Shown: positions 1-12,380 of the stretch, in pieces
Layout: each line of letters begins with the position of its first letter
Numbering within the stretch: the stretch's first letter is position 1
Program-made: the position numbers and the translations under genes
Notes under the pieces: generated by a model
What the model was told of the DNA's origin: nothing
The model's input: only the letters and a program-made list of their open reading frames with translations
Database searches by the model: none
Source of the DNA: Perna viridis
Taxonomy: Eukaryota
Direction: 5' to 3'
Length of the DNA stretch: 64,000 bases
Assembly: GCA_037379345.1 (NCBI GenBank)
Contig: CM074517.1
Coordinates: 11,842,001 to 11,906,000, forward strand

Positions 1-3000
1 ATTGGTCAAATTCGTATTGATTGCCATCCTCTATAAATCATTCCTAACCAACCTAGCCTTACAATAACATTTTTCATTAAGCATTGAACAAATAAAAATG
101 ATATGAACTACAAATAGAAAGGACATCGCACTTTCAAAAAAATTTAATTTTCATAAGTGCACCTCTTGTTTAATTATACTGCTAATTGACAGGTCCTCGG
201 AAATATATATTGCTAATGTAATATCACAATATGCCATATAACGTTATTGTTCACGCGAGAACCATGTTTTGTTGACTTTCATTTTCTTATGCAAACAAAC
301 AGATTTCAAATAAATGACAATTTTTTTTATAGAAATGAAATATCAATCGACTTGACGATGATATAGGCCAAAAGTGTAAAATTATAGAATGATGAAATAA
401 AAATTGATACACTTTGTTATATTTTAGTATCTAGATAACACATGGTTAAACGTGATCATATAAGTCGATACTTAAATCGAAATAATAATTGCTTAAAAAA
501 AAGACATTTTGGAAAAAATCCAAACCAAGGGACACAGAATCATATAAAATACTTACTTTAAACAACAGTGATAGGCAAAGTAAGATGGGTTTAGTTTTGA
601 TGGTAAGTTCCTGAAGAACTTTTAATACACACTGATCTTATGGAACTAACATAATTGTCTTAAGTTCGCAAGGCTTCACTCTTCAAGGCTCATACAATAC
701 TACGGGACTGTGTAATTCGAAAATGTTTAAACCATGTATTTGGAATAAAATATTATACTTTAAAGTAAAACAGCACACCATGATAATGTTTCAGAAATAC
801 AGTACTTTGTTAAGGACTATTTTAATTATTTGTATATAGTTTATTTACTTTATATTGTATTTGATTCTGTTTCTGTTTATTTTCTTTTTTTACTTTTTAT
901 TGTAGGGTTTTTGTCTTCATTTTTATCCCATCGCACATTTAATTCACGCGTCTGTCCACGTTGAGGAGATATTGATATTAATTTGTCTTTGTGTAGTTAA
1001 ATTAATTTTTAGTTTAATTTTGAAGAATTGTCACCGTGCAACTTACCGTGAATATTACTACTTTGTTGCCAAGGCCTTCAAGAGCTTACCAAAAGGTGTG
1101 ATTACACTTACTGAGGATCTTTTGGCGATCCCTGAAATTATTTACTATTTTGTAGTAATTAGGCTATTCGATGGTGAATTTGTTACGTTTCACCATGTTC
1201 GTTCTTTTTCTGTTGTATTTTTGTAAGCTTTTTTTTCTTCCTATTCTAGCAATAATTATCAATTATCAATTACATTTTCAGAATCCGAGACTTTCTATGA
1301 CAAATAAATAATCCAATAACAGAAAATGAATTGATTAATAGTTTATTCATATGGATGAAATATCAGCGACACACAGTCGTAAAATTGGTCGGGAAAAAGG
1401 TCCTATAAATTATAAAATAAATACAGTTTATATCGTTATGACAAATGCAGTTCATGATTTCAAATGCTTAAAACTCCTTCCTATATGTTTGTTCTCCAAA
1501 AAGAAATGATTCTTAGGAAACTGTTAAATACAAATGCACTGAAATAAAGTTTAGATAAAAGTGTAAATTAAATTCTCGTTTTTTTTTAATATAAATTTGC
1601 AAAAAGATATGCCACTGAATACAACAGAGATTGAAATAATAGCTTGCAGGAAGTCGTTAAATATGTTAGTTAAACATTCCTATATCGTATAATAACAAGG
1701 TTTTCTTACATAAAGTAATTTGTGGTTGCCAATCCCTTCACATGTAGGGAATTCAGGAAATGTCTCAAGGGTTTAGACAGTGCGGTGGCCTACTGAACCA
1801 TGTGACAAATTCTAAACAAGAAATATACACCCTTTCAAAACATTGTAATCATTAGTCATCTAGTCTTGAAAATTACCATTATCAGCCTAAACTTGAAAAT
1901 TACCATTATCAGCCTAAACTTAAAATCAAATGTAATCATTTATAACTTAATGCTACTATTAAAATATTTTCAATCAAAGAGAACAGTTACAGTTAGTAAC
2001 ATAGTTAACTTCATGAAATAAATTTGGTAATACATGTATAAAGTCTACAACGATAACAAGTCGGTTATGATTTCACGAGATGTGAGAATTTCGTAATCAA
2101 TGACTTGAAGATTCAGTTTCTCTTCATTTTTCAAAATGAAAACAATCTAATTGACCTTATGACCTTAATGAGTGTTAGCCCGGCATAGCTTTTATGTCAT
2201 TAAGACCTTAATGATAATTAGCCCGGCATAGCTTTTATGTCATATCGTAAAAACTCATGACCTACATTTGCAACATCAATCAATAAATGATCTAGATTAT
2301 GATATATCCAAACTAGCTAAGCTTGTAATATTGTTATAATATCTAGCTTATTGTCCTGCAAAATAAAAGTTCTCTTCAAAATTGAACACTTGTATATGTT
2401 CATACTGATTTGCTCATTCGTAATAATTTAATTTTAAGAACACATTTATAGGCGTTTAAGGATTTTTAATTTTTAAAGTTACCATGGTTAGTACAAGATA
2501 CAAAATACCCATAATCCTAGTCAAAAACTTGACAAAAAATACAATACACCGTAAATGTCATTAATCAAAAGGGACTATAGTAAAAAAAAACAACCCGGAC
2601 GCCTTTAATTTCTATTAAACATGTATTAAGATTCTCATGATTTAGTGATGTGGTGTAATAATACGAAATGTAACGAAGTATACAACGACACAAAGTTTAT
2701 GAAGCCTACGACTCCTAATTTTGATTGAATAATCCTTTATCATATGATTTAACCATGTGCCATTTGCTTTGTTTAACTTTAAAAACAGTATTTGAACAAA
2801 ACTCGCTATTTTCTAAAGAAAATAACGTATTTCTTAGATTTGTTTGAGTTTTTTTGGTTATCAAATTTTCTATTCAAATTACCAAAAAAAAACCTTTAAC
2901 ACAATCGTCGAAAACAAAAGTCCATGCAACCTTAGTACCATTAATTGATAAGACTGTTATTACGTTAGGAACGATGACATTGGATCTTTTAAACCCATTT

Positions 3001-4399
3001 AAACCAACACCCCCACTTCTGATATGTACAGTGTCTGGCCATTATCTGATATTTTGATTTAAAGAATAAGATGTATTCATATTCTATAAAAATGTCTTAA
3101 TAACAGCAATTATAAATACTGACAAACAAAACACTCTTTGTTCCTTGATTACATTACACTTCCTGATACAGCCGGCGTATGATACGGTTTTATGCTTCTC
3201 TCAAATAATCATTTCCTGAAAATTTTTACAATTCAGTGTTCTAAACATTCAAGGGTTGCTTTGTGACGCCATTAATAAAGGCTAATAGGTGCTTTTTTTT
3301 CTATGATATGAAACTGAACTTTCATATTATATTATATCGACCATTAGTTTTTGTGTACTATCTTGTTTGTATTATCTTTAGATTTTTACCGAAGATGTAT
3401 ACATTGTGTATGTGGATCGTCTCTTTATCAAGTCTTCATGTTTGGTCATGTTTTGTGATTCTGATGTCTCTGAATATTTGTTGATGTTAAAGGTACTTAT
3501 ATTTATTTTGTATAATACTACACTTATTCACATTGTTTACTGAGAGATAAATAACGACAAATATTTTAGAACAAAATTAAGAAAACATTTGCTATTCATT
3601 ATGTTACTGAGAATCGGAAGTTGCATTCCTCAGGCGTATAATGGATAAAAGTGCTTCCATGTTTCTCCAAATACATACGATAATTGCACATTATGTACTC
3701 TATATGGAAAATGATATACGTGTAGAACGGATGGTTGTGAATTGTTACTTCCTCATTATAAACGTTAGTATGCCTTTTATTCTATTTTGTATGTACTTTT
3801 CTTTGTTGAAGGATAAAGTACAATAAATTACTTGTTGTTGTTTGATACTAAAATAAAATTATAAAGAATGACTGTTATATGTTTATGGTCTATTGGAAAT
3901 AACCTCAATGCCAGTAGTACACACTTGAAAATAAGCTGCTATGCTGTTATTTCTTCATAGACCGAAAAAAATATACGAGTCTTTCCTTTTATTTAGTCAG
4001 ATTAAAAGCTATAGGGTTATATATGTAAGCAAATAATACCGCATGGATACCTAATAAAGGCTTAAGTCTTACATCACCATAATGCTACAAACCATATAAA
4101 AATTAATGCAAGTCATAACTTAACAACGGTAAAAGGGTTTAATGACTTAAACAACCACACTTTTCTAAAGAAAAGTTAATCTAGCTCGTGTTTCTATGGC
4201 GTTTATGTAATATCTCTCATTTTCAAGAAAAAAACAAAATGTAGGATATTACTATAATCCGGTTTTAATACGAACAAAGTAATGGTAAAGTACATGATAT
4301 TTCTATAAAGTTTATTGTTTTAGAATTAAGCCATTGTCTTATAGAAAAGAACGTGTTAAGGAGGTGTTCTTTTATAATTGCATATCCTTCAAATGCAAA

Positions 4400-4860
4400 C
4401 CCTTAATTTACTTGATTGCACAACAGAGCTGTAACAATGACATACATTATATCTCGTCGGGTTAAGTACTTTGGCGTGATCACAACCCTCCCTCATTAAA
4501 ATCTGGCCACAGTGGAAATAATGTTACACAAACACACTTAAAAATCAAAAAGGTATGAGTCCCTAGTTGCAACAGAAATAATGAAACTGTATATAAATTA
4601 CACAAATGTACAAACTAAGGACTACTACCAATTAACGGACATGCCAGCTCCCGACCAGTTTAAACCTACAAACTGTTATGTCCCCATCGTATGTAAAATC
4701 AATCCCAATTCTTCCAATGCGCTGTTGCGAGTCACGTTACATCATAAGTCATACAATAAGGACACAACTAATGTCATGCCAAATACAGCTTTAAAATATA
4801 AAAAATGAATTTGAAATTCAAAGATAAGTTGTATGATTAAAGGTTTTGCCTATGAGCAAC
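4400..4860 (-). repeat. Dispersed repeat fragment (family X); a homologous copy lies at ~62895-63790 on +
   Basis: Reverse complement of 4459-4530 aligns to 63668-63740, and of 4680-4780 to 62951-62972 plus 63425-63510. Boundaries are approximate. Confidence 0.6.
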
Positions 4861-6189
4861 AAGTTTTTTTTACTCAAATAATGACGACTGGTTGATAATG
4901 CACGGCTATATTGTTATAAAGCTGAGTTGTTTCGACCAACAAATATGCGAAACTTCCGATAACAATAGCTCTTTGACTGCCTTAAAACTTTAATCAATAA
5001 TTTCGGAAACATGTAAATCAATTCCGACAGAACGATTTTTAGCATTCACTAACATATAGAACGTTGTGGACGCCCTATTAATATTTCTACAAACCATTAA
5101 TTGTAATTAACGGTAGACTCTTGCAAATTTTATATTTTTAAATTCAAACAAGAATAAAAATACCCGTATTAAGGATAAAAATTAATCAATTCAACCAAAA
5201 AATGCCCATGGTAATGTTTTCTTTTTCACTTTCTTCCTACACTACGAACTCATTTTTCATATATGGTTTTGATTTTTTACAAATAAGCCATCAGACTACG
5301 TGCGAAAATGTCCTCCAAATAAGAGTATGGCACAACCGAAAAAAAGAAATGAGTGTTTTTTGTAGGTGTCGGGTATTAAGCAATGAATATTGCTTAAAAT
5401 ATCAACTTTGTTGTAATAACATAAAAGTTGTTCATAACATAGTAAAATATTTTTTATATATTACATCCAGAAAACTATGTCCGCACGCAAGAAACAACTT
5501 TCTATTTTCACATATGATAAACTATGTAATAATGAATGTATTCATTTAATTTGAAGTTTTTTCTTGGGTGTGGAAACCATTTCCTTGCCAACAAAATGAC
5601 CAGAAAGTACAAAAATTGACAGAATATTGGAATATTGGTATACTTCATGAGTTTTTCTGTCCTTTCAATGCAAAAACTATCAGAAGTCTTTGTTTTCACA
5701 TGTGTAATAGATTCACAATTAAATTCTTTTACACTTTATGATTAATTTTAAATTGAATTTTAGGCCAAAAAAACCTCTTATCGCCCCTTCTCCTTTGTTT
5801 AAGTTTGCGAATCTAGTTATTATATTGTTGAAGCCCTTATTTTTTGCTCATAAGTTAATAAACATTAAAAAGGAATCGCTTAAAGTACACAGACGATCCT
5901 GTTGTTGAATGTAATTAATCCAAAGGAATGTACGATTTGATTTAGTCATTGAAAAAGAGCAAACATTATGTTAAAATAGGCATGCACGGCAGGTGCTACG
6001 AAAAGCAAACAAAATCAATTTTATAGGATCTTTCTGTTCCTTTTAATGGTGTTTTAATTTTTCCTGTACAGGTTTTCGATTAAAATGGATGAAATGTCTT
6101 ACCGCAAGAGATACTCTATTGTAACACAGTATTGCAAACTAATGTGTTATATTTAAACAACAAATATTTGATTGACCTTGCTAATGTAA

Positions 6190-6716
6190 GAGCCCCGTGC
6201 AGGTTCGAGTGTAAAAAGAATAGGCCTGCAGCAGCGCTAAGCTTGTCGTAAAAGGCGACTAAATAGTGCTCTGAAACCTAGCCGGGGGCTAGGCGCTCTG
6301 ACCACAGAGCCACTGGGATGTGTGCCCTATGAGGTGGAATGGGGTATCCCTGGCGTTTTACATGCTAGGGTTGTCAGGCTATAATACGGAAAACCTGATC
6401 GCAAACCATAGTGGTGTATCGTGTTGGGAAAGATGCCACATTCCTCGCACGTCAAGGAACCTTGCTGTGGTATTCGATAGGAGTAGGAACCTTTGCGCTC
6501 CTCCACAGGAGGCTAAATTGCCCTACCTTACCCATCCCTCCCTTTTATCTTGTGGCAATCAAAATTTATCGACCCATATTATCCTTGTGTCCCATCCCTT
6601 TTTTCATTTCATTATCATCATTTCATGTTAATTTTATCATCCCTTTCATGTTCATCGCCTGAATATAGCTGAAATATTGCTACTCGGTCGTTAAACCCCA
6701 ACAATCAATCAATCAA
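6190..6716 (+). mobile_element. SINE-like non-autonomous retroelement (RTE-type 5' head, Nimb/I-type 3' tail)
   Basis: 10-bp TSD GCTAATGTAA (6180-6189 / 6717-6726). RTE-5'UTR-like CTTGTCGTAAAAGGCGACTAAA. 3' tail GAAATATTGC...GTTAAACCCCAACAATCAATCAATCAA. A second copy lies at 22005-22949. Confidence 0.8.
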
Positions 6717-9443
6717 GCTAATGTAAAAAATAAGCTTACCCTACCGATGCATTTGAACACTTCAAACCGCAAAATAATTTTTAAGATTTTTGTGCATTTT
6801 TTTTTTTATACTGTTTGAATATGTTTTTTCTTGGTCAATAGAAAATCAGTTATCGTTAAAACCATGTGTTACTTTTCCTACAATTCGATTAAACAATTTT
6901 CATGTTAATATCAAGAGGGATATTCAGCAGTATTTGAAATACTTGCTAAGGATGTTAAAATGTCGTTAAAATTGTATCAAATATAACTCTTAAAATGGGA
7001 AATCTGGTAAAATCGTAATAACAACTCGTTTCTTTAAGGCAGAAGTTCTAATTAACAGCTACATTATTCGACTATAAACTTTTCAATGTGAAGTAATTAC
7101 AACCAGATACGATGCCAGATCGCAGTAAATGACACTCCATATAGCGTGTCTACTACAAGCATACGTTAGGCCAATTATGACTCAGTAAATGCCAATATCT
7201 ATAATTCAAAGCATTACAAAAACTATGAGTTAATTATTGCTAAACAACTGCTGTTTTCGAAAGTTCTAAAGTTGTTGATATTTTGAGACAATCTCTAGTG
7301 ATTTGTTATCTAATTCTGAACCACTTATTTTTAGTACTATTTCATGTAAACCATATAGTTTAGCTTACACTTGAGAGTAAACCAAGTTGTTACTCAAAAG
7401 CATTTAGTATATTGCAAAAGGTATAAGCATGGCCTTAACTAATTTATATTAAGCATTTACTACTTATTTCATGCCGACAACAAAGTATTGAATTACCTTT
7501 CACAAAAATTATCATCGATGATAAAGCTTTTATCAAAAGATATCAGGGCACTCCGGATGTTAACTTTGTCGTTATGGACTTACCCTGCTAAAAAGGTCGT
7601 GAAGTATTGCCATTTCATTTTTTTTTTTTTTTGCATACACCACCACATATAAAAAACGAATAAATGAAAGTTTAGAAAATACGTTTGTTTTTAGCACATA
7701 CTATTATGATGTTTTTTTTTTTAATTCACTGATTATTCAATTCATTTAATTTATAATTTACTGATTGCTCATGCATATTTGTTAGGTTTTTACACAAGAA
7801 TGCAAAACATCACAAATTTCTTTTATTATTTACAATAATTGTTGGATCACAGAACTGCGCCAAACCAGTTCGTCAATACATCTCGTCTCAAAAAGTTGAA
7901 GTTTGTTCATCCCAATAGTGTCATAAACTTTTGACATTGCTTAGCAGAAAGCTATTATTGGACAAATATATAGTTTAAAGTCTTGCAACAGAAACGGTTC
8001 TTCTACATAAGAATATGAAAAGGATCATACTTTAATTACAACAAATTATATCAATAGTTTTGTAATCTTCTTCAAAGTATTATAAATTATTTCTAAAATT
8101 GGATTGCAGTAAGCATGTTATCCTTTAATATGCAATACAGGACAAATTTGAACATTTAGCAGACTTTTCATCATTTCTAACAAATAACCGATGTGTTAAA
8201 TAAAATTATAACCAAGAATATAATCTTTTACACCCAGAAAAAGAATATTTTAACTTAAATTCAAATGAAAATCATTAGAAAGAGCGTTTTACTTTTTAAA
8301 AAATCTGGAAATGAATTTTAGTCTTTTATCTTTTGACACCCATACCTTATGTGAACAGTTCCTTGCCTGGTATTTCCCAAGTTATCGTGTTGATTCCTTA
8401 TCTTGTCCTGGTCCTTTGACGAATATCCATCAATCTGTTGTTTTTAACATACTTTCCCTCCTCCTACGGTGCACACACTCCTCGTGGGTAAGATCGTCCA
8501 ATGTAAACGAAGGCTGATTGTGACGTGTAATCTCAGTATTGTCGTCAGATCGATGTATCCAAGATATTAGTCAAATATCTGATTCGAACTAATAAGCAGA
8601 TGAATAACATGTAGTTTATCAATTCAGTATTAAAATACCACAGAATGTATTATTTTGTTGGTTAATAGTCTTGATACCACTTTTTCATGTGGCTACATTA
8701 TAAATTTATTGACGCTTGTAAGTGTAATCAAATTAAATTATAAATTACCCATATTTTTTATGAAAGTTCATAATATCCTTTAATGTTCGATGAATACAAA
8801 TGAATTTGGAAAAGTTTTATAAATTTTAATTGCCTAAAATCATCAGCTTCCTTATTGCAAATTAAAATCAATGGAGCCGATGCATAAACTATTACGGCAA
8901 ATAAAACAAATGTAAATCACAGATGGATGGGAAATTTTTATTCATGTCTTGCACATGGGCCTCAATGTTTTTAATTTGAAACTCTTATAAAAAGGTACCT
9001 GACCTGGAGTAAATTTCCCAGGCAATAATAATAAAAATAAAAGTTTCAGTCATAAAAAATTTATGCCTATTTATAATCTTATCTTTATTCCATTTTTAAA
9101 ACAACTTTGAATAAAAACTTGAAATCTCGATTTTGTTTGTTTGTATTTCTCAGTTTTTTTTCTGTTTCTTTAGTGTTTTGATTTGTTTTTGATTTGTTTT
9201 GAGTTTTTTGTATGGAGGATAGTGATTTATATTTTGATGTTTTTATTTATTTTCCAAGATTCATCATTTGAGATATATAAGTTGTACATTAACACCATTT
9301 ATAGTTAAAAGACAAAATTCGTTGTGTTAATGCACTTTCAAGAATTGTTTTCAAAATATTGCCGTTAATACAATCCTGATCCTGTTTGCTTGGCAAAAAT
9401 TTAACTAAAAATTGTAGATTTGATGTTGTAGGTTTTTCTTTTG

Positions 9444-9980
9444 AGTAATCAATGGAACCAAGATTCTAGCAGATATAAAAGAATGTAATTCAGGGACAAA
9501 GACCGGACATGGAAAACAGACACAGACAATAAAGAACATAAAATAACCAGAATTAACAAACAAAGTAACATGATGAGTAAATTAGCAACTCGGAATGAGT
9601 GCTCTACAAATGTGTAAGGGCATTAAGCTATGAATATTGCTTAAAAATATTAACTTTTTTTGTAATAACATAGAAGTTGTTCATAACATAGAAGTTGTTC
9701 ATAACATAGTAAAATATTTTAATATAATTTGTGGCACAAGTTCATTTTAATGATGTCAGAATGGTGCCATATTTTTACGTCATTTTGTAAATACTGCTGA
9801 GAATTGTAAATTTTGAAGTTTTTTCGGACATATGTACATCCTGAAAACTTTTTCTTTTGAAGGCGTAATCAAGGGAACCAAGATTCTAGCGGAAATCAAA
9901 AGAATGTAATCCAGGGACAAAGACCAGACATGGAAAACACACACACACAACAAAGAACCTGAAATAAGAAGAGTTCAACA
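9444..9980 (-). repeat. Two fragments (9444-9610, 9866-9980) of an abundant short repeat, probably the 3' end of a Penelope-like element
   Basis: Both share GGAACCAAGATT...AAAGAATGTAATYCAGGGACAAAGACCRGACATGGAAAAC with 57469-57702; a diverged copy is at ~20085-20300. Confidence 0.55.
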
Positions 9981-11835
9981 AAAATGTCCGTAGAGTAGTG
10001 AGTTTGCTCTATTTAAAATAAAAAATACCCCAAAAGTAGTGATTTTCTTGATTTTTTTATGATTGCCGACAGTTGTGTGCGGTCGGATGTTAGTTTATTA
10101 TTATTGTAATGAATTTACCAAGTATAATTTTGTAACTTGCAATCGGAATCTTTTATTTCATACAAAATGTTATACAGCCCAATTGTTGAAAGTACACTGA
10201 AATATTCTTGAAGCTCATGTTAATTCAAAATTACAAAAATCTGTATAAGATACATTTCTGTATGTCAATGTTATGATTAAGGCGATCATATAGGGATAAT
10301 CTTAAATAAATCTGTGTATATTTTTAGAAAACAATTAAGGAACAATTTCAAAATATCGACAACAATACCAGTAAAGATGGCATATATATATATATCATAT
10401 ATGTAAAAATTGCCGAATATTTGATCTTGAACTTGATATAACATAGCAATAAATCATGGAACAAAACTGACTTTAGAGGATAGGAAATGCATATCTGTGT
10501 AGTTTCAACGTCTCACATGATGGTAGTGTGATTCATAAGTGTTTACCGTTGTGAAAAATATGACAATTCTTTCGACAGGCTCCTTAAGATTTATATCAAA
10601 GGAGCTATACAATGGCGGTTAGTAAGTGTAAAGTTTGGTTTGTGGTCAATCAGTTAAGACGTGGAATATTAGAAAAGATACTAGTGTCATACTGGACAAT
10701 CAAAATGTGATGGCGGCCGTAAAATTTCTAATCGACCATGAGTACAATTTACAAACGTCAAGTATTGCTTGCTTATACCTCTACCTTTACATATATAGGA
10801 TACCAATTACAAAGTTTTCTGGGTTTTTTTTTGTTTTCATTTGAATACTTGAATATTACATAAAATATTGAAAACAGTTTAGGTGTTATTTTAAACGAAG
10901 ATGTATTTTGCTTAAAATCAATATTATAGCATTACATAGTATGCGTATTAATCGTTGAGAGACAGTGACGAGTACAAGTAGGTAATCATTGATTCCATCA
11001 AAAGAAATCTGAAACTAGGCTTGTGCACTAATCCTTGAGTTGTTTTTTCTTTAATTTTGAAATTCAAACGTCTGTTCAAAATTTGAGTTGTAGAAAAGTT
11101 TCTAAAAAGCCTTAACATGGGTTTGTTTTGTTTTGTTTTTTTCAGGGGAGGGGGGTCCAGATATCTGTGGTATTTTCATATCTACTGGCCAACATACCAT
11201 GCATTTTATTTTCATATATCTTCTTCGAATCTTATGACATTGAACTACAAACGTAGTCACGATAAATGCTTTGCCTTTGTACTACAGCGTGATAATAAAT
11301 ATTTAGAATAACAAAATACAGAATCACTCCGAGAATGAATACAGAACATGACAATTAGTATTTAGATTCTTGTATTTACTCATAACGACACTGAATGTGC
11401 ACGTCATCTCTATTTCAATTCAATGTTTGAACTTTTTACCGAAACACAAAGAAAAGGACAAATTTAGAATGCAATTCATTACTTGTATTTATTGTTCGGT
11501 TTGCGTTGAAACATGCCTGCCAATGGCAATGTCATTCACTTGTGTTATATTTTTGTTGTATGAAAAGTTTTATTCAAGTACTGTGTGTGTTGTTTTTCTT
11601 AAATAAAAGAATACCTGTTTTGTAGAGAAATTTTACATTTTTTTATTTCAAGTGGTCTTCCATAATTGATATGACTGCTAATTGATCATGCGGATTTGCA
11701 GATTGTAATGACAGATATTTCTACTCCTTATTTAGATATACATTTATAATGTTTGTTCTTTAACATTTTTAGTACTTTTTTGCCTAGATTTTACTCTATT
11801 TCAACCATATTCCATTCTTTATTGTATTTTTGTAA

Positions 11836-12150
11836 AAGAATTAAAGTTATTGCTTCGAAAACTCTACGGTCTTTACAATGTCTAGTTGATCGTTATGGTG
11901 TGTCTGTTTCCAAACTGACTAATGAACTAAATTTCTCTTAAATTATCTTCCTCTTTACCTGACATAACCTTCATTTGCTACATGGATTTGTCATGCAAAA
12001 AGCAGGAAATGCTCATACTTCCGGTGCACTTGAGTTTAATCCCGCCTTTCGATTGCTGCTTGTCATTGTGTATTTATAGCTTGTGTTTTTCTTCTTGTTT
12101 GTCCATGTCAGTTTATATGTCATCGTATGTGTAGTCCACGAATTTACGTT
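11836..12150 (+). mobile_element. 3' fragment of a Penelope-like retroelement (RT C-terminus plus 3' repeat)
   Basis: Decayed frame reads ELKLLLRKLYGLYNV*LIV.. / ..LVDRYGVSVSKLTNE, resembling the conserved C-terminus of such RTs. It is followed by AGCAGGAAATGCTCATACTTCCGGTGCACTTGAGTT. Confidence 0.45.
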
Positions 12151-12196
12151 TTGATTTACCCTGTTTTCAATGGTACTTCATTATAGGGTCTGTAAG

Positions 12197-12380
12197 CAGG
12201 CGCCGATCCAAGGGCTGGCGTGCCGGGCGTACGCCCCCCACCCCCCACCCCCCCAAAAAAAACCGATAAGGAAAAAAAATCACAAGTTTCACCCCGTCCC
12301 CATAATATTTTTGCCTTGCTTTTCATGGCATTTAATTCAATTAACGCGCCCCCTAAACTCAAATCCTGGATCCGCTCCTA
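12197..12380. mobile_element. Short MITE with GGATCC-containing TIRs
   Basis: Termini CAGGCGCCGATCCA...TGGATCCGCTCCTA, with GTAAG duplicated on both sides (12192-12196 / 12381-12385). Related ends at ~15136, 31684-31830 and 62710. Confidence 0.6.

Noticed and set aside
1865-2242. Two short tandem duplications (27 bp at ~1865; ~44 bp at ~2160)
   Set aside because: Ordinary two-copy slippage duplications with no further structure.
6420-6530. HDV-like ribozyme within the SINE
   Set aside because: TTCCTCG and a hairpin followed by CTAAA are suggestive, but I could not build consistent P1/P2/P3 pairings in both copies.
5379-9725. ~80-bp direct repeat at 5379-5455 and 9626-9722 as possible LTRs
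   Set aside because: No TG...CA ends, PBS or internal ORFs; more likely fragments of a dispersed repeat.
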